Positions 63,216-64,000 of a DNA stretch of 64,000 nucleotides are shown in pieces. Both the position numbers and the translations under genes were made by a program. Below the pieces are notes generated by a model. It was not told where the DNA came from. It saw nothing but the letters and a program-made list of their open reading frames with translations, and did not search any database. Location of the stretch: contig NIVC01000773.1 of NCBI GenBank assembly GCA_002269645.1, positions 186,001-250,000 on the forward strand, given 5' to 3'. Every line of letters begins with the position of its first letter. Position 1 is the stretch's first letter. The DNA comes from Macrostomum lignano. Its lineage: Eukaryota.

Positions 63216-64000
63216 GCACTGAGACAGATAGGTAGACAGGCACAAAGGCACTCGGATGGAACAGATAGATAGCTCATGAGGTTCAGAACCCGCAAATTGG
63301 TGAACATGTGTCCATTCGGAGGATTTACAGGCATCGGTGGGGAGAAATTCATTTGGGATTCTTGTCTCGAGACCCTCTCAACTCCCCTCCTCTCCTTGGC
63401 AGGCCTGCTTTATTGGGTCCGTAATTTCTCCGGATCTGCAGCACCGGAGCGGCTACAGCTGTCAAGAGTTCGCTTTCTCGCTCCGCGTCTCAGCGATGAC
63501 GCAATATCGTTGTCAATTCGTCTTTGAGGTCCCCTAAGAATTACTGGCTGCTTGTGCTCGGAATTCCAAAAGCCAGCCGCTCGATTCTCTCAATCTCTCG
63601 AATGCTACTCAATGTAACAAAGACTGGACTAGAGTAGAGAGACAGCAAGGATGTCTGGCTACATCCAAGGACTCCGATTAGCTAGTAGCATCTGGATTGG
63701 AAAGTCAGCAAGAGTTTCGGGGAAAAATTGAGAAGCGAAACTGGCGAGCTAAGAAAATATTTGCGCAGAACGGCAGAGAGATGGAGAGTGGCGGGTCCGA
63801 GAGGCAAACACCACTGCTGAGGGACCTTTGTGAGGCTTTTGATAATCCGCAGTACAAACCTCCCAGCTCGGAGACAAACATATTTTTGGCACAGGTGCTG
63901 CCTGCCACCCGAGCTCCCACTGCCGATTCAATTATCAGGTAGCTCTTCTAATAGTTCCGTGTTAAAGCAGGTAGGAGATGATGAACGGCTTATAAGGAGA

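Noticed and set aside
63697-63942. + strand 81-aa ORF followed by a donor-like CAGGTAG; similar short ORFs at 12507, 13865, 49693, 57567 and 59162
   Set aside because: Most have non-ATG starts, none has recognisable domains or a consistent exon chain, and they cannot be supported without expression or homology data.

Overview
Eukaryotic (animal) genomic DNA with GC-rich exons, GT-AG introns (mostly GTGAGT donors) and a very heavy load of unrelated minisatellites. This style suggests a free-living flatworm such as Macrostomum, which is inference only. The first ~7 kb is gene-dense. It holds the 5' 230 codons of a CYP2-clan cytochrome P450 (minus strand, runs off the left edge, absent from the ORF track), a two-exon somatomedin-B-like/Cys-rich receptor with a degenerate 7TM (plus), and a single-exon secreted LamG/pentraxin-like protein (minus). 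The remaining ~53 kb (7222-60366, minus) is one gene, which I reconstructed by hand as 12 phase-compatible exons (~1096 codons). It encodes an Echinoid-type adhesion molecule: 7 Ig, FN3, a Cys-containing FN3-like domain, TM, a polyQ/Tyr tail and a C-terminal IVYEVVV. Its signal-peptide exon was not found, and the Ig1 exon is 1 nt short (frameshift, likely an assembly indel). Its introns contain more than 20 different tandem arrays, including a ~15.9 kb two-state 18-bp satellite, and many arrays abut exons. A tRNA-derived CORE-type SINE and an odd hairpin-capped 272-bp tandem element in a (GATA)n tract are also present. Nearly all very long ORFs in the track are repeat artefacts.
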